A stretch of 64,000 nt of DNA from Patescibacteria group bacterium. Its GTDB lineage: Bacteria; Patescibacteriota; Minisyncoccia; JAHIHE01; JAGLIN01. Numbering within the stretch: the first letter of the stretch is position 1; each line of letters starts with the position of its first letter. The stretch spans positions 76,478 through 140,477 of the forward strand of contig JARGGI010000002.1 in the NCBI GenBank assembly GCA_029210775.1. Reading direction: 5' to 3'. A model generated the notes under the pieces. It was not told the DNA's origin. It did not search any database and saw only the letters and a program-made list of their open reading frames with translations. This document shows, piece by piece, positions 30,495 to 39,760 of the stretch. Made by a program: the position numbers and the translations under genes.

Positions 30495-31481
30495 CTATCT
30501 CTTATACTTATCTTTTATTCGTATAGTATCATTAGGATGCGGAGTTGAATATTCTTGAAGTATTGTATTTTCCAATGCTAAAATTGTGTGTGGTGTACAA
30601 GGCTCAATTCTAATTGTCTTATTTTCTTTTATATTAACTTCTTTATCATCAAATTTAATTATCACCTCTCCAGAAGTTATATGCATTGTTTCATCCTTTT
30701 TTTCGTGTTTATGATGAGATGTTCCTTCATTTTTCATCAAATACAATTCTTTCGTTAAATATTTATCAGTTAATACAATAATTTTTTCATAACCCCATGG
30801 CTTATCTTCTTTGTTTAAATATTCCTCATTTACTCTTTGTAAATCCTTTATTGAATCAACTGATTGCCAAAAAACACCCTCCTTGTAATAATTCATCAAT
30901 CCAGATTTTGCAATTTCTGGAAAAGACAGTTCTTCGACAGAACCTTCTTTGTGTTTAGAAAAAATAGGTTTAATGTCTTTTGATATAATATATATTCCCG
31001 CATTAAGATAATGATCAAGTTTTGGCTTTTCTTTAAATCCGATAATTTTATTTCCCGATAATTCTGCTATACCATAAGGAGAAATGAGAGGTGTAATATA
31101 CATCAGCATCTTATTTTTATGTTGACTTATCATTTCTTTAATATTCACATCGCAAACTACATCGCCATTTCTAATTACATAATCATCGCTCTCAAAATTA
31201 TCAAGCAAATTATTAATAGCATATAAAGTTCCTTTGGGCTCATCTTCAATTAAATAATTAATTTCAACGCCATTCCATTTTTTTCCAAATCTTTCTTGAA
31301 TTTTTTCGTGCAGATATCCGCAAAGCAAAACTACCTGATTTATACCAGCATATTTAAGTTGTAAGATCTGCTTGTCTAAAATTGTATAATCTTTTTTAAT
31401 CTCCAAAAGCGGCTTGGGAATGCGATCAGTCAAAGGCCTCAGCCTCTTTCCAAATCCTCCGCATAAAATTGCTCCGATCAT
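30495..31481 (-). CDS. sugar-1-phosphate nucleotidyltransferase with C-terminal cupin domain (ManC/GMP-PMI-like architecture)
   Basis: N-terminal MIGAILCGGFGKRLRPLTDRIPKPLLEI (NTP_transferase G-loop). C-terminal EKPWGYEKIIVL...HHKHEKKDETMHITSGEVII is cupin-like. Confidence 0.7.
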   Translation of the reverse strand: MIGAILCGGFGKRLRPLTDRIPKPLLEIKKDYTILDKQILQLKYAGINQVVLLCGYLHEKIQERFGKKWNGVEINYLIEDEPKGTLYAINNLLDNFESDDYVIRNGDVVCDVNIKEMISQHKNKMLMYITPLISPYGIAELSGNKIIGFKEKPKLDHYLNAGIYIISKDIKPIFSKHKEGSVEELSFPEIAKSGLMNYYKEGVFWQSVDSIKDLQRVNEEYLNKEDKPWGYEKIIVLTDKYLTKELYLMKNEGTSHHKHEKKDETMHITSGEVIIKFDDKEVNIKENKTIRIEPCTPHTILALENTILQEYSTPHPNDTIRIKDKYKR

Positions 31482-31700
31482 AATAGTTTTGTTAGTTTTT
31501 AATTATCTATAAATATAAATTTAAAATATCAGATTATGGCAAGCAAGTCAATGATTTGACAAAATTAATTATTTAATTTATAATCCATTGTTATTTAGTT
31601 TAGCTTCAGAGAAGAATATAAGTGATGGGCTTTTATTTCTATCTATATCAAACTAAATGATAATATACTTAATTGGTTTAATGATTTAATTATTATAAAA

Positions 31701-33884
31701 ATGTCAGAAGGACTATCAGTTGTCATACCGACTTACAACAAGAAAAAAAGGATTCATCGTAAAAAGGTCTGTATTATTATACCGACATATAACGAAAAAG
31801 AAAATATTACTAAATTAATAGATGCTCTTTTAGATGTGTTTAAAGACATTAAAAATTTCGAGATGAGTATTTTAGTGGTTGATGACAATTCTCCTGACGG
31901 AACAGGAAAAATAGTTAAGAAATATTCTATTAGCCCCCCCCATTGTCAAATTCATTTATTGAGCGGAAAAAAAGAAGGTCTGGGAAAAGCTTATATTCGC
32001 GGATTTAATTATGCTATTAAAAAACTCAAAGCTGATTTTGTTTTTGAAATGGATGCTGATTTTTCTCATAATCCATCAGACATTCCAAGATTTTTGGAAG
32101 CCGTAGAAAATGGATATGATTTTGTTATCGGCTCAAGATATGTTGAAGGAGGATCTATTCCTAATAATTGGGGAATAGTCAGAAAACTAAATAGCAAAGT
32201 TGGAAATATTTTTGCCCGCTTTATTGCTGGATTGTATCCTATTAAGGATTGCACCGCTGGCTATCGTTGTATCTCTGCAAAGATTATAAAAAAAATAGAT
32301 TTAGAAAATCTAAATGCGACTGGATATTCTTTTTCAATGAATTTCCTTTATGAAGCTATCCGAATTAAGGCAAAAGTTAAAGAAATTCCAGTAGATTTTA
32401 TTGATCGTAAATTTGGCGAATCAAAAATTGGTTTTAGCGATATAAAAGAATTTATAATAAATTCTTTTATATTGCGTTTAAAAAAATCACAAAAGATATT
32501 ATTACTTATTATAACAAGCATATTTTTAGAATGCTTGTTATTTAGCATTGGAACTATTGGCTTAGAACAAATTAATTTTTCTAAACTACTAATAGATTTT
32601 TATATAGCTATCTCGCTTTTAATGTCTGTCCAATGTCTGATGAATCTCTATATGACTTTGTATATTTGGGAAACACCGGAGAGAATGGAAAGAAATAAAT
32701 CTCCTAAGAAATTTTTAAAACCTAAAAAATCATTTTCTATTTTGCTTCCAGCTCGCAATGAGGAACAAGTAATTGGCAATACAATTCAGGGACTTTATAA
32801 TATAAATTATCCTAAAAACCTGATGGAAATTATTGTTATTTGCGAAAAAACAGATACTGGGACAATTCATCAAATAAGACAAAAAATGAATCAGATAAAT
32901 GATGATATTATTAAATTAGTTATTTTTGATGATAAGCCAATTAACAAACCTCACGGATTAAATAAAGGACTTGCGATAGCTAAAAATGAAGTAATTACAA
33001 TTTATGATGCCGAAGATGAAGTAAACCCTGATATTTTTAATGTTATTAATACAGTTATGGCTCAGAACAAAAATGTCGGAATAATACAAAGTGGAGTTCA
33101 GCTAATGAATTACAGCTCAAAGTGGTTTTCTTCTCATAATGTTCTAGAATATTACTTCTGGTTCAAGTCAAGATTGCATTTTCACGCTGATGTTGGAATG
33201 GTGCCATTAGGCGGTAATTCCGTGTTTTTTAAACATAAAATATTAAAGGAAATTAATGGCTGGGATGAAAATTGTTTGACGGAAGATGCTGACATTGGAA
33301 TTCGTTTAAGCACCAAAGGAATAAAGACGATGGTTATTTATGATGATTTATACGCGACAAGAGAAGAAGCGCCTGATACTATAAAATCATTTATAAAACA
33401 GCGCACCCGCTGGGTTCAGGGTTTTCTGCAAGTTTTTCTAAAATTTGACTGGCTACAATATCCAAAATTATCTCAAAAGCTTTTAGCTGTTTATATCTTG
33501 CTTATTCCTTTTTTACAAGCCATAATGATACTAATGCTTCCAGTATCATTGTTTATGATGTTCAAATTTAAATTACCGATTTTATCAACCATAATTCTTA
33601 TTTTGCCAGTATATTTATTGTTTATTCAACTAACTATTAGCTTGATAGGATTATATGAATTTATTAAAATATACAAATTGCGTTTTAATTATTTAACTTT
33701 TTTGGTTTTTGTTATTACATTCTTTCCTTATCAATGGATGTTGGGAATTTCGGCATTAAGAGGATTATTAAGACAAATTGTTGGAAAAAATAATTGGGAA
33801 AAAACAAAACATTTGGGAGCTCATAGAAATATTTATTCTTCAGAGAAAACTATATTAGAAAAAACTTATGAAACTGCAAATTAA
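31701..33884 (+). CDS. tandem family-2 glycosyltransferase fusion: GtrB/DPM1-like domain + processive beta-glycan synthase-like domain + C-terminal TM helices
   Basis: Domain 1: VCIIIPTYNEKENI...VVDDNSPDGT...EMDADFSHNP (polyprenyl-phosphate hexose synthase type). Domain 2: SILLPARNEEQVI, IYDAEDE, TEDADIG (TED), QRTRW (QxxRW), then 4-5 TM helices. Confidence 0.75.
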   Translation: MSEGLSVVIPTYNKKKRIHRKKVCIIIPTYNEKENITKLIDALLDVFKDIKNFEMSILVVDDNSPDGTGKIVKKYSISPPHCQIHLLSGKKEGLGKAYIRGFNYAIKKLKADFVFEMDADFSHNPSDIPRFLEAVENGYDFVIGSRYVEGGSIPNNWGIVRKLNSKVGNIFARFIAGLYPIKDCTAGYRCISAKIIKKIDLENLNATGYSFSMNFLYEAIRIKAKVKEIPVDFIDRKFGESKIGFSDIKEFIINSFILRLKKSQKILLLIITSIFLECLLFSIGTIGLEQINFSKLLIDFYIAISLLMSVQCLMNLYMTLYIWETPERMERNKSPKKFLKPKKSFSILLPARNEEQVIGNTIQGLYNINYPKNLMEIIVICEKTDTGTIHQIRQKMNQINDDIIKLVIFDDKPINKPHGLNKGLAIAKNEVITIYDAEDEVNPDIFNVINTVMAQNKNVGIIQSGVQLMNYSSKWFSSHNVLEYYFWFKSRLHFHADVGMVPLGGNSVFFKHKILKEINGWDENCLTEDADIGIRLSTKGIKTMVIYDDLYATREEAPDTIKSFIKQRTRWVQGFLQVFLKFDWLQYPKLSQKLLAVYILLIPFLQAIMILMLPVSLFMMFKFKLPILSTIILILPVYLLFIQLTISLIGLYEFIKIYKLRFNYLTFLVFVITFFPYQWMLGISALRGLLRQIVGKNNWEKTKHLGAHRNIYSSEKTILEKTYETAN

Positions 33885-36489
33885 ACTAATCTTAAACAAC
33901 ATAAAAAACTTTATTATAAAAAGAAAGGAGTTTTTTGTTATTGTTATTTTATTGTTAATTTCAGGAATAGCTCACGGATATAATATGTTTAACTTTCCTT
34001 ACTACGCAAATGATGAAGGAACATATATGTCTCAAGCATGGGCAGTATTAAATCAAGGAACACTATCGCATTATACTTACTGGTATGACCATTCTCCTGC
34101 AGGATGGTTATTGATTGCTTTATGGACCAAACTAACAGGCGGGTTTTTTACTTTTGGCATATCAATAAATTCAGGCAGAGTTTTAATGCTGGTTTTGCAT
34201 TTGTTTTCAACTTTTTTTCTTTTTAAGATAGCCAAGAAAATGACTGGAAGTATATATGCCGGGTTTTTTTCTGCTTTGATTTTTGCCTTGTCTCCATTGG
34301 GAATTTATTTTCAAAGAAGAGTGCTACTTGATAATATTATGGTGTTTTGGCTTTTAATGTCACTACATTTAATTCTTTGTTTTAAGAAGAGATTATTAAT
34401 AATAGTTTTCAGCGCTATAACTTTTGCTTTATCAGTATTATCAAAAGAAAGTGGGATTTTTTTCTTGCCAGTAATGTTATATTTGGTTTTTATTCAAACT
34501 GATAAACAACACAAGCGATTAGGGCTTATTCTTTGGATTGTTTTATTCGGATTAATTTGTTCCTCATATCCTCTCTATGCCTTTTTAAAAGGAGAACTAT
34601 TTCCGATGGGTTCAATATTTGACTCAGGCGGAGAACATGTAAGTTTAATTGAAACTTTAATTTGGCAAGCTACAAGAGAAGGGGAAATGATTTTAGATTT
34701 GCCAAGACGATGGCTTAATGCTGATATACTTACGATTCTCTTAGGAATTATAACTATTTTTATAAACCTTTTAATAGGAATAAAGAAAAAATATTACATG
34801 ATTACTGCCTTATTGTCACTTTCTTATATTTTTTATTTAATAAGAGGAGGATTAGTATTAGAATTTTACATTATTGGTCTTATTCCATTTCTTGCTTTAA
34901 ATGTAGGATCGTTTGTTTATTTTTTAATAGGGAAAATAAACAATGTTAAATTAAGATATTTTCTTGTTTTGTTTTTGTCTTTGTTTTTTTCTTGTTATTT
35001 AATAAATGAGGGTAAAAGCATTAAAAGCTCTTTGACAGAAGAAGATAATTTATATCTATCAAACCAAACTATAAGTCAAATAGAAGCATTAAATTGGTCA
35101 AAAGCAAATATTACGAACGATAGAATGATAGTTATTGATAATTATTGTTATATAGACCTAAAAGATAGCTATGCAACCACTATTCCTTATAAAAAAGCTC
35201 ATTGGTATTGGAAGGTAGCAAAAGATCCCGAAATTAGAGATTCGTTTTTGAAAAATAACTGGCAAAACATTGATTATATCCTTTCAACTCCACAGATGGA
35301 AAATGATCTTAAAACTATGGATTCTAAACTTTTACAAGAGTCTTTTAGTTATTCAAGACCAATAAAAAAGTTTTGGTCAAATGGCTGGGGAGTAAATGTT
35401 TGGAAAATATATAATCCAAAACAAATCCTTGAAGAATCTTGGCAAAGCTACAAAACCCATTTTATAACTTCTGAAAATAAAATAACTGATCCTTACAATA
35501 ATAATTCCACCACATCCGAAGGGCAATCTTACGCTATGTTGCGAGCGGTTTGGATGGACGATAAAGAAACTTTTGACAATGTTCTTGGCTGGACAAATGA
35601 AAATCTAAAATTAACAAATAGCAATCTCTTTGCTTGGTCATGGATTCAAGATGATGATGGCAAATGGGGAATAAGAGACGAAGGCACAGCAACAGACGCT
35701 GATCAAGATATTGCCTTAGCGTTATTATTTGCTTACAAAAAATGGGATAATGCCACATATTTAGAACAAGCTAAAAAAATAATAAGCGACATTTGGGATT
35801 ACGAAGTTGTAGAAATTCAAAAAAAACATTATTTAACCGCTGGCAATTGGACATCAACAAAAAAAGATATTGTTATAAATCCTTCTTATTTAGCTCCTTA
35901 CGCTTATCGCATATTCGCGGAAATTGATCCTTCGCATAATTGGATGGAGTTAGTGAACACTTCTTACGATATTTTATATAACAGTTCCGAATCCTTATTG
36001 GGATATAATAAAAGCATTGGACTACCGCCGAATTGGTGCGCTATAAATCCCGATGAAGAAATAATATCCGCCGAGCACCTTGGAGATTTTTCGCGGGATT
36101 ATTCTTATGACGCAATTAGAACGCCATGGAGAATTGCTCTTGATTATCAATGGAATAAAGAACCACGCGCTAAAAAATATTTAGAATCCTTAGAATTTTT
36201 AAATAAAGAATGGCTGGAAAAGAAAAAAATATCAGCTTCTTATAGTCACGATGGCGAGCATTGGGAAAATTATGAATCAACTGCGTCTTATGGAACTAAT
36301 TTAGGATACTTTATTATTACTAATCCCGAAACAGCTCAAGAAATTTACGAAGAGAAAATATTAGGAAAATATTTTGAAGATGAAGAAAAAAGCTATTGGA
36401 ACGATCCGAAAAATTATTATGAACAGAACTGGGGATGGTTCGGAACGGCATTATACGCTGACAAATTGCCAAATCTTTGGAATCAATAA
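33868..36489 (+). CDS. fusion of a polytopic GT-C-like membrane domain (ArnT/PMT-like) with a C-terminal glycoside hydrolase family 8 domain
   Basis: 873 aa. ~11 TM helices in the first ~390 aa, with YYANDEGTYMSQAW in the first loop. The C-terminal domain carries ATDADQDIALALLFAYKKW, which matches the GH8 signature A-[ST]-D-[AG]-D-x2-[IM]-A-x-[SA]-[LIVM]-[LIVMG]-x-A-x3-[FW] at every position. Start overlaps the upstream gene by 17 nt. Confidence 0.7.
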   Translation: MKLQIKLILNNIKNFIIKRKEFFVIVILLLISGIAHGYNMFNFPYYANDEGTYMSQAWAVLNQGTLSHYTYWYDHSPAGWLLIALWTKLTGGFFTFGISINSGRVLMLVLHLFSTFFLFKIAKKMTGSIYAGFFSALIFALSPLGIYFQRRVLLDNIMVFWLLMSLHLILCFKKRLLIIVFSAITFALSVLSKESGIFFLPVMLYLVFIQTDKQHKRLGLILWIVLFGLICSSYPLYAFLKGELFPMGSIFDSGGEHVSLIETLIWQATREGEMILDLPRRWLNADILTILLGIITIFINLLIGIKKKYYMITALLSLSYIFYLIRGGLVLEFYIIGLIPFLALNVGSFVYFLIGKINNVKLRYFLVLFLSLFFSCYLINEGKSIKSSLTEEDNLYLSNQTISQIEALNWSKANITNDRMIVIDNYCYIDLKDSYATTIPYKKAHWYWKVAKDPEIRDSFLKNNWQNIDYILSTPQMENDLKTMDSKLLQESFSYSRPIKKFWSNGWGVNVWKIYNPKQILEESWQSYKTHFITSENKITDPYNNNSTTSEGQSYAMLRAVWMDDKETFDNVLGWTNENLKLTNSNLFAWSWIQDDDGKWGIRDEGTATDADQDIALALLFAYKKWDNATYLEQAKKIISDIWDYEVVEIQKKHYLTAGNWTSTKKDIVINPSYLAPYAYRIFAEIDPSHNWMELVNTSYDILYNSSESLLGYNKSIGLPPNWCAINPDEEIISAEHLGDFSRDYSYDAIRTPWRIALDYQWNKEPRAKKYLESLEFLNKEWLEKKKISASYSHDGEHWENYESTASYGTNLGYFIITNPETAQEIYEEKILGKYFEDEEKSYWNDPKNYYEQNWGWFGTALYADKLPNLWNQ

Positions 36490-36926
36490 AAATAAGCATT
36501 ATGAATCAACAAACATTGAGATTTACAAAATTTTGTATAGTTGGAGGAAGTGGAGTAATAGTTAATCTGGGACTTCTGTTTGTTCTTGTTGAATATTTTT
36601 ATTTAGGTGAAAATTTAGCATGGTTAATCGCAATACTGGCGTCAATACTTAATAATTTTCTATGGAACAATGCTTTCACTTACAATGATCGCAGATCTAA
36701 TTCTCACAATGAAACTATGCGAAGAATTGTTTATTATTATCTAATATCTTTAGGTGTTATGCTGTTTAATTTTGCAATTTATAAAATAGGAATATCTTGG
36801 GGTTTTTATTATATTTTGTCTGCCTTTATGGGAATATTTTTTTCCACTTTCTTAAATTTTGCGTTAATAAATAAATTGGTTTGGAATAATAGTTTGACAA
36901 AAGTTCAAATAAAAAATAGAACATAG
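36477..36926 (+). CDS. GtrA family membrane protein (polyprenyl-phosphate-sugar flippase-associated)
   Basis: 149 aa, 4 TM. FTKFCIVGGSGVIVNLGLLFVL...ILNNFLWNNAFTYND typical of GtrA. Overlaps the upstream gene by 13 nt. Confidence 0.7.
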   Translation: MESIKISIMNQQTLRFTKFCIVGGSGVIVNLGLLFVLVEYFYLGENLAWLIAILASILNNFLWNNAFTYNDRRSNSHNETMRRIVYYYLISLGVMLFNFAIYKIGISWGFYYILSAFMGIFFSTFLNFALINKLVWNNSLTKVQIKNRT

Positions 36927-36986
36927 AAAGATTAAAAAAAATAATACAGAAAAACACTTTTTGTATTAACACAATTAAACAAAAAA

Positions 36987-37016
36987 AATGATTTCTATTT
37001 AGGAATCATTTTTTTG
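36987..37016 (+). terminator. terminator after the GT2/GT-C/GtrA operon (possibly bidirectional with the convergent pmm gene)
   Basis: aatgatt-tctatttagg-aatcatt followed by ttttt. Confidence 0.5.
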
Positions 37017-37121
37017 TTGTTAATTTAATTCTCATAACTTAAATTGATAATAAAATATACTTTTAAATCTCAGATTATATTTATTAATCAACTTTTCTAT
37101 GGTTTTTTGTTTTTTCTAAAC

Positions 37122-38486
37122 CTACTTCTTAATAAACTCCGCCACTTCCTTCACTTTTTTCTCCATCAACTCCTTCGTCTTCGCTTCCAAATTTAATCTA
37201 ATCAAAGGCTCTGTATTTGACCCGCGCAAATTGAACCACAAATCGGAATATTCAACAGTTACGCCATCTAATTTATTTATCTCGCCGTCGCTAAATTTTT
37301 CCTCCGCTTCTTTTAATTTTTTCGCTACATTGGCCACTTTAAAATTTATCTCGCCCGAATGAAAATACTTTTTATATGACTGAACGATTTCAGAAAATGC
37401 CATATTTTTCCCAGAAAGAAACTCCAAAAATTTCGCCATTAAAATTACCGGCATTTCAAAAGTGCCGTAAGGTTTCTTATAAAAATAGTGCCCCGAAGAT
37501 TCTCCTCCAAAAATCGCCTCATTTTTTATCATTATTTCTTTGATCAAAGAATGTCCAACCGGCGTAACAATTGATTTTCCGCCCATCTCCTCAATCATAT
37601 CTTTGGTAATTCTTCCCGGCCTAATGTCATAAGCAACGGTCGCTCCTGAATTTTCAGCAAGCTCTATTTGCGCCATAATACCGCGCAATATTTCTTGCCT
37701 TAAAGAATTACCATTTTCGTCAACAAAAAAATACCGATCGGCATCGCCGTCTATTGCAACGCCAAAATCAGCTTTATTTTCAATGACTTTTTGCCTTAAC
37801 AGTTCAAGATTTTCTTCTTTAAGAGGATCCGCCTCGTGAGAAGGAAAATTTCCATCAAGTTTAAAATTAATTTTTATTAATTCCGCCGGAACTTTTTTAA
37901 AAAATTCTTCCATATCAAGAGCCCCCATAGAATTTGCCGCGTCAACAACTATTTTGAATTTTTTTATTTTTGTAATATCTATATCAGCCAGTTGATTGCT
38001 GACAAGTTCCTGTAAAATATTTTCTTTTTTAATAATTTCTCCCTCTTCTTTCCTTGCTCTAAAATCATTTTCTAAAATGATATTTTTAATTTCCATAATT
38101 CCCGTATCTTTGCTAATTGGCAATGAATTATTTTTTACCATTTTAAAACCATTATACTCTTTTGGATTATGAGATGCTGAAACCTGAATTCCTCCATCAT
38201 ATTTATAAAATCCGACAGCAAAATAAAATGTAGGCGTACTAACCAAACCAACATCAACCACATTTAAACCACTCTCAATTAATCCTCTAATTAGCTCTTT
38301 CTTTAAAGTTGGAGAAGAAAGGCGCATATCAGATCCAATAACAATATTTTTTGCTTTGGGATTATCTCTTAAAATAAAAGTTGCATATCCCCTGCCTAAA
38401 TTATAAGCAAACTCTTCATTAAGTTGAGTTGGATAAATTCCCCGAATATCATATGCTTTAAAAATTGATTCATTTATTTTATTCAT
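37122..38486 (-). CDS. phosphomannomutase/phosphoglucomutase
   Basis: 454 aa. FKAYDIRGIYP and active-site SASHNPKEYNGFK. Confidence 0.85.
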   Translation of the reverse strand: MNKINESIFKAYDIRGIYPTQLNEEFAYNLGRGYATFILRDNPKAKNIVIGSDMRLSSPTLKKELIRGLIESGLNVVDVGLVSTPTFYFAVGFYKYDGGIQVSASHNPKEYNGFKMVKNNSLPISKDTGIMEIKNIILENDFRARKEEGEIIKKENILQELVSNQLADIDITKIKKFKIVVDAANSMGALDMEEFFKKVPAELIKINFKLDGNFPSHEADPLKEENLELLRQKVIENKADFGVAIDGDADRYFFVDENGNSLRQEILRGIMAQIELAENSGATVAYDIRPGRITKDMIEEMGGKSIVTPVGHSLIKEIMIKNEAIFGGESSGHYFYKKPYGTFEMPVILMAKFLEFLSGKNMAFSEIVQSYKKYFHSGEINFKVANVAKKLKEAEEKFSDGEINKLDGVTVEYSDLWFNLRGSNTEPLIRLNLEAKTKELMEKKVKEVAEFIKK

Positions 38487-38489
38487 AAA

Positions 38490-39116
38490 TTAATCTCTTA
38501 AATTATTTATAATACCCTCAAGCTTATTTAAATCCTGAATTATATAATTCGTAAGTTCTGATTTTGTTTCTGTGTGTCCTCCTTGTGCTCTTATCATTTT
38601 CATTGCTATAACATTTGGTAATCTTTTTTTTACATCATCAATGGCTTTCGCTTTATCTTCTATAAAAACTATACTTCCATTATATTTTTTTTGAATTTCT
38701 TCCATATCATCAGCTTTATTTCTTGAAGTAATTATAATTTCACTAAAATATTTTGAAATTCCAGAATTTTCAATCTTTGTTTTTTGAAATTCAGTAGTTC
38801 CAAAAGATAATAGAATAAGTTTCTCTTTTTTAAAACTTGAAACAAAATCAAAAAAATCCCGATAAACGAATTCGTTTGATTTATTGATTATAAAATCAAT
38901 CTTTTTATTTATCTCTTCCTTATTAAAATTTTTTAAACTGTAAATTAAATCTACAAAAATATCTTTATCAAAATCACCTATTTTTTTCTTACACTGTCTA
39001 TAAACATCCCAAAATTGTTCTTCATTAAAACCCTCTATAAGAAATATTTTTAGAAATTCCTGCATTAATCCATATGTATTAAAAATTGTATCATCAAAAT
39101 CTAAAACTATTTTCAT
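38490..39116 (-). CDS. HAD-superfamily hydrolase-like protein (paralog 1)
   Basis: MKIVLDFDDTIFNT (DxDxT motif I). 208 aa. Tandem paralog of the next gene. Confidence 0.5.
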   Translation of the reverse strand: MKIVLDFDDTIFNTYGLMQEFLKIFLIEGFNEEQFWDVYRQCKKKIGDFDKDIFVDLIYSLKNFNKEEINKKIDFIINKSNEFVYRDFFDFVSSFKKEKLILLSFGTTEFQKTKIENSGISKYFSEIIITSRNKADDMEEIQKKYNGSIVFIEDKAKAIDDVKKRLPNVIAMKMIRAQGGHTETKSELTNYIIQDLNKLEGIINNLRD

Positions 39117-39751
39117 TATTTTTCTTTCGTTGTTAATTTTTTAATTATTTTTTCTGCTTGTGACAAATTTTTCACTACAAAATTTGTTTTCTCTGACTTT
39201 ATTATAGAATAGACCCCCCTTAGTCTTTCAATTTTTATCGTCACTATCCCTGTTAACAATTTTTCTGCTTGATCAATTTCAGAAGCCTTGTCATCTATAA
39301 AAAACAATCTTTCTATTGAATATTTTCTATAAATTGATTCCAGCTTTTCCATCTTATTATCGGTTATATATATCTTATCAAAAAAATTATTTACTTTTGA
39401 ATTTTTAATTTTCTTCTTTTGAAGAGATGTTAATCCAAATGAAAGAAGAATTAGGTCTTTTTTATTGAAATTATTAAAAAATTTATAAAAATCAGGATAG
39501 ATAAAATTTTCAGAATTTTTCAATAACGACGCGATTTCTGCTGTGACTCCCATTTTATTATCAAAATCAAGATTTATAAGCAAATCAATAATTTCTTTTT
39601 GATTAAAATCTGATTTTTTTTCTTTTGCTTTTTTGTAAATTTCTTTAAATTCAGCAGATTTATATCCAGCTTTCTTTAAGTTATTCAAAAGCGTTTGGGT
39701 TAGTTTATATGTATCAAAAATTGTATCATCAAACCCTATGACTATTTTCAT
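39116..39751 (-). CDS. HAD-superfamily hydrolase-like protein (paralog 2)
   Basis: MKIVIGFDDTIFDT. 211 aa. Collinear similarity to 38490..39116 along the whole length. Confidence 0.5.
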   Translation of the reverse strand: MKIVIGFDDTIFDTYKLTQTLLNNLKKAGYKSAEFKEIYKKAKEKKSDFNQKEIIDLLINLDFDNKMGVTAEIASLLKNSENFIYPDFYKFFNNFNKKDLILLSFGLTSLQKKKIKNSKVNNFFDKIYITDNKMEKLESIYRKYSIERLFFIDDKASEIDQAEKLLTGIVTIKIERLRGVYSIIKSEKTNFVVKNLSQAEKIIKKLTTKEK

Positions 39752-39760
39752 TGTTTTTTC

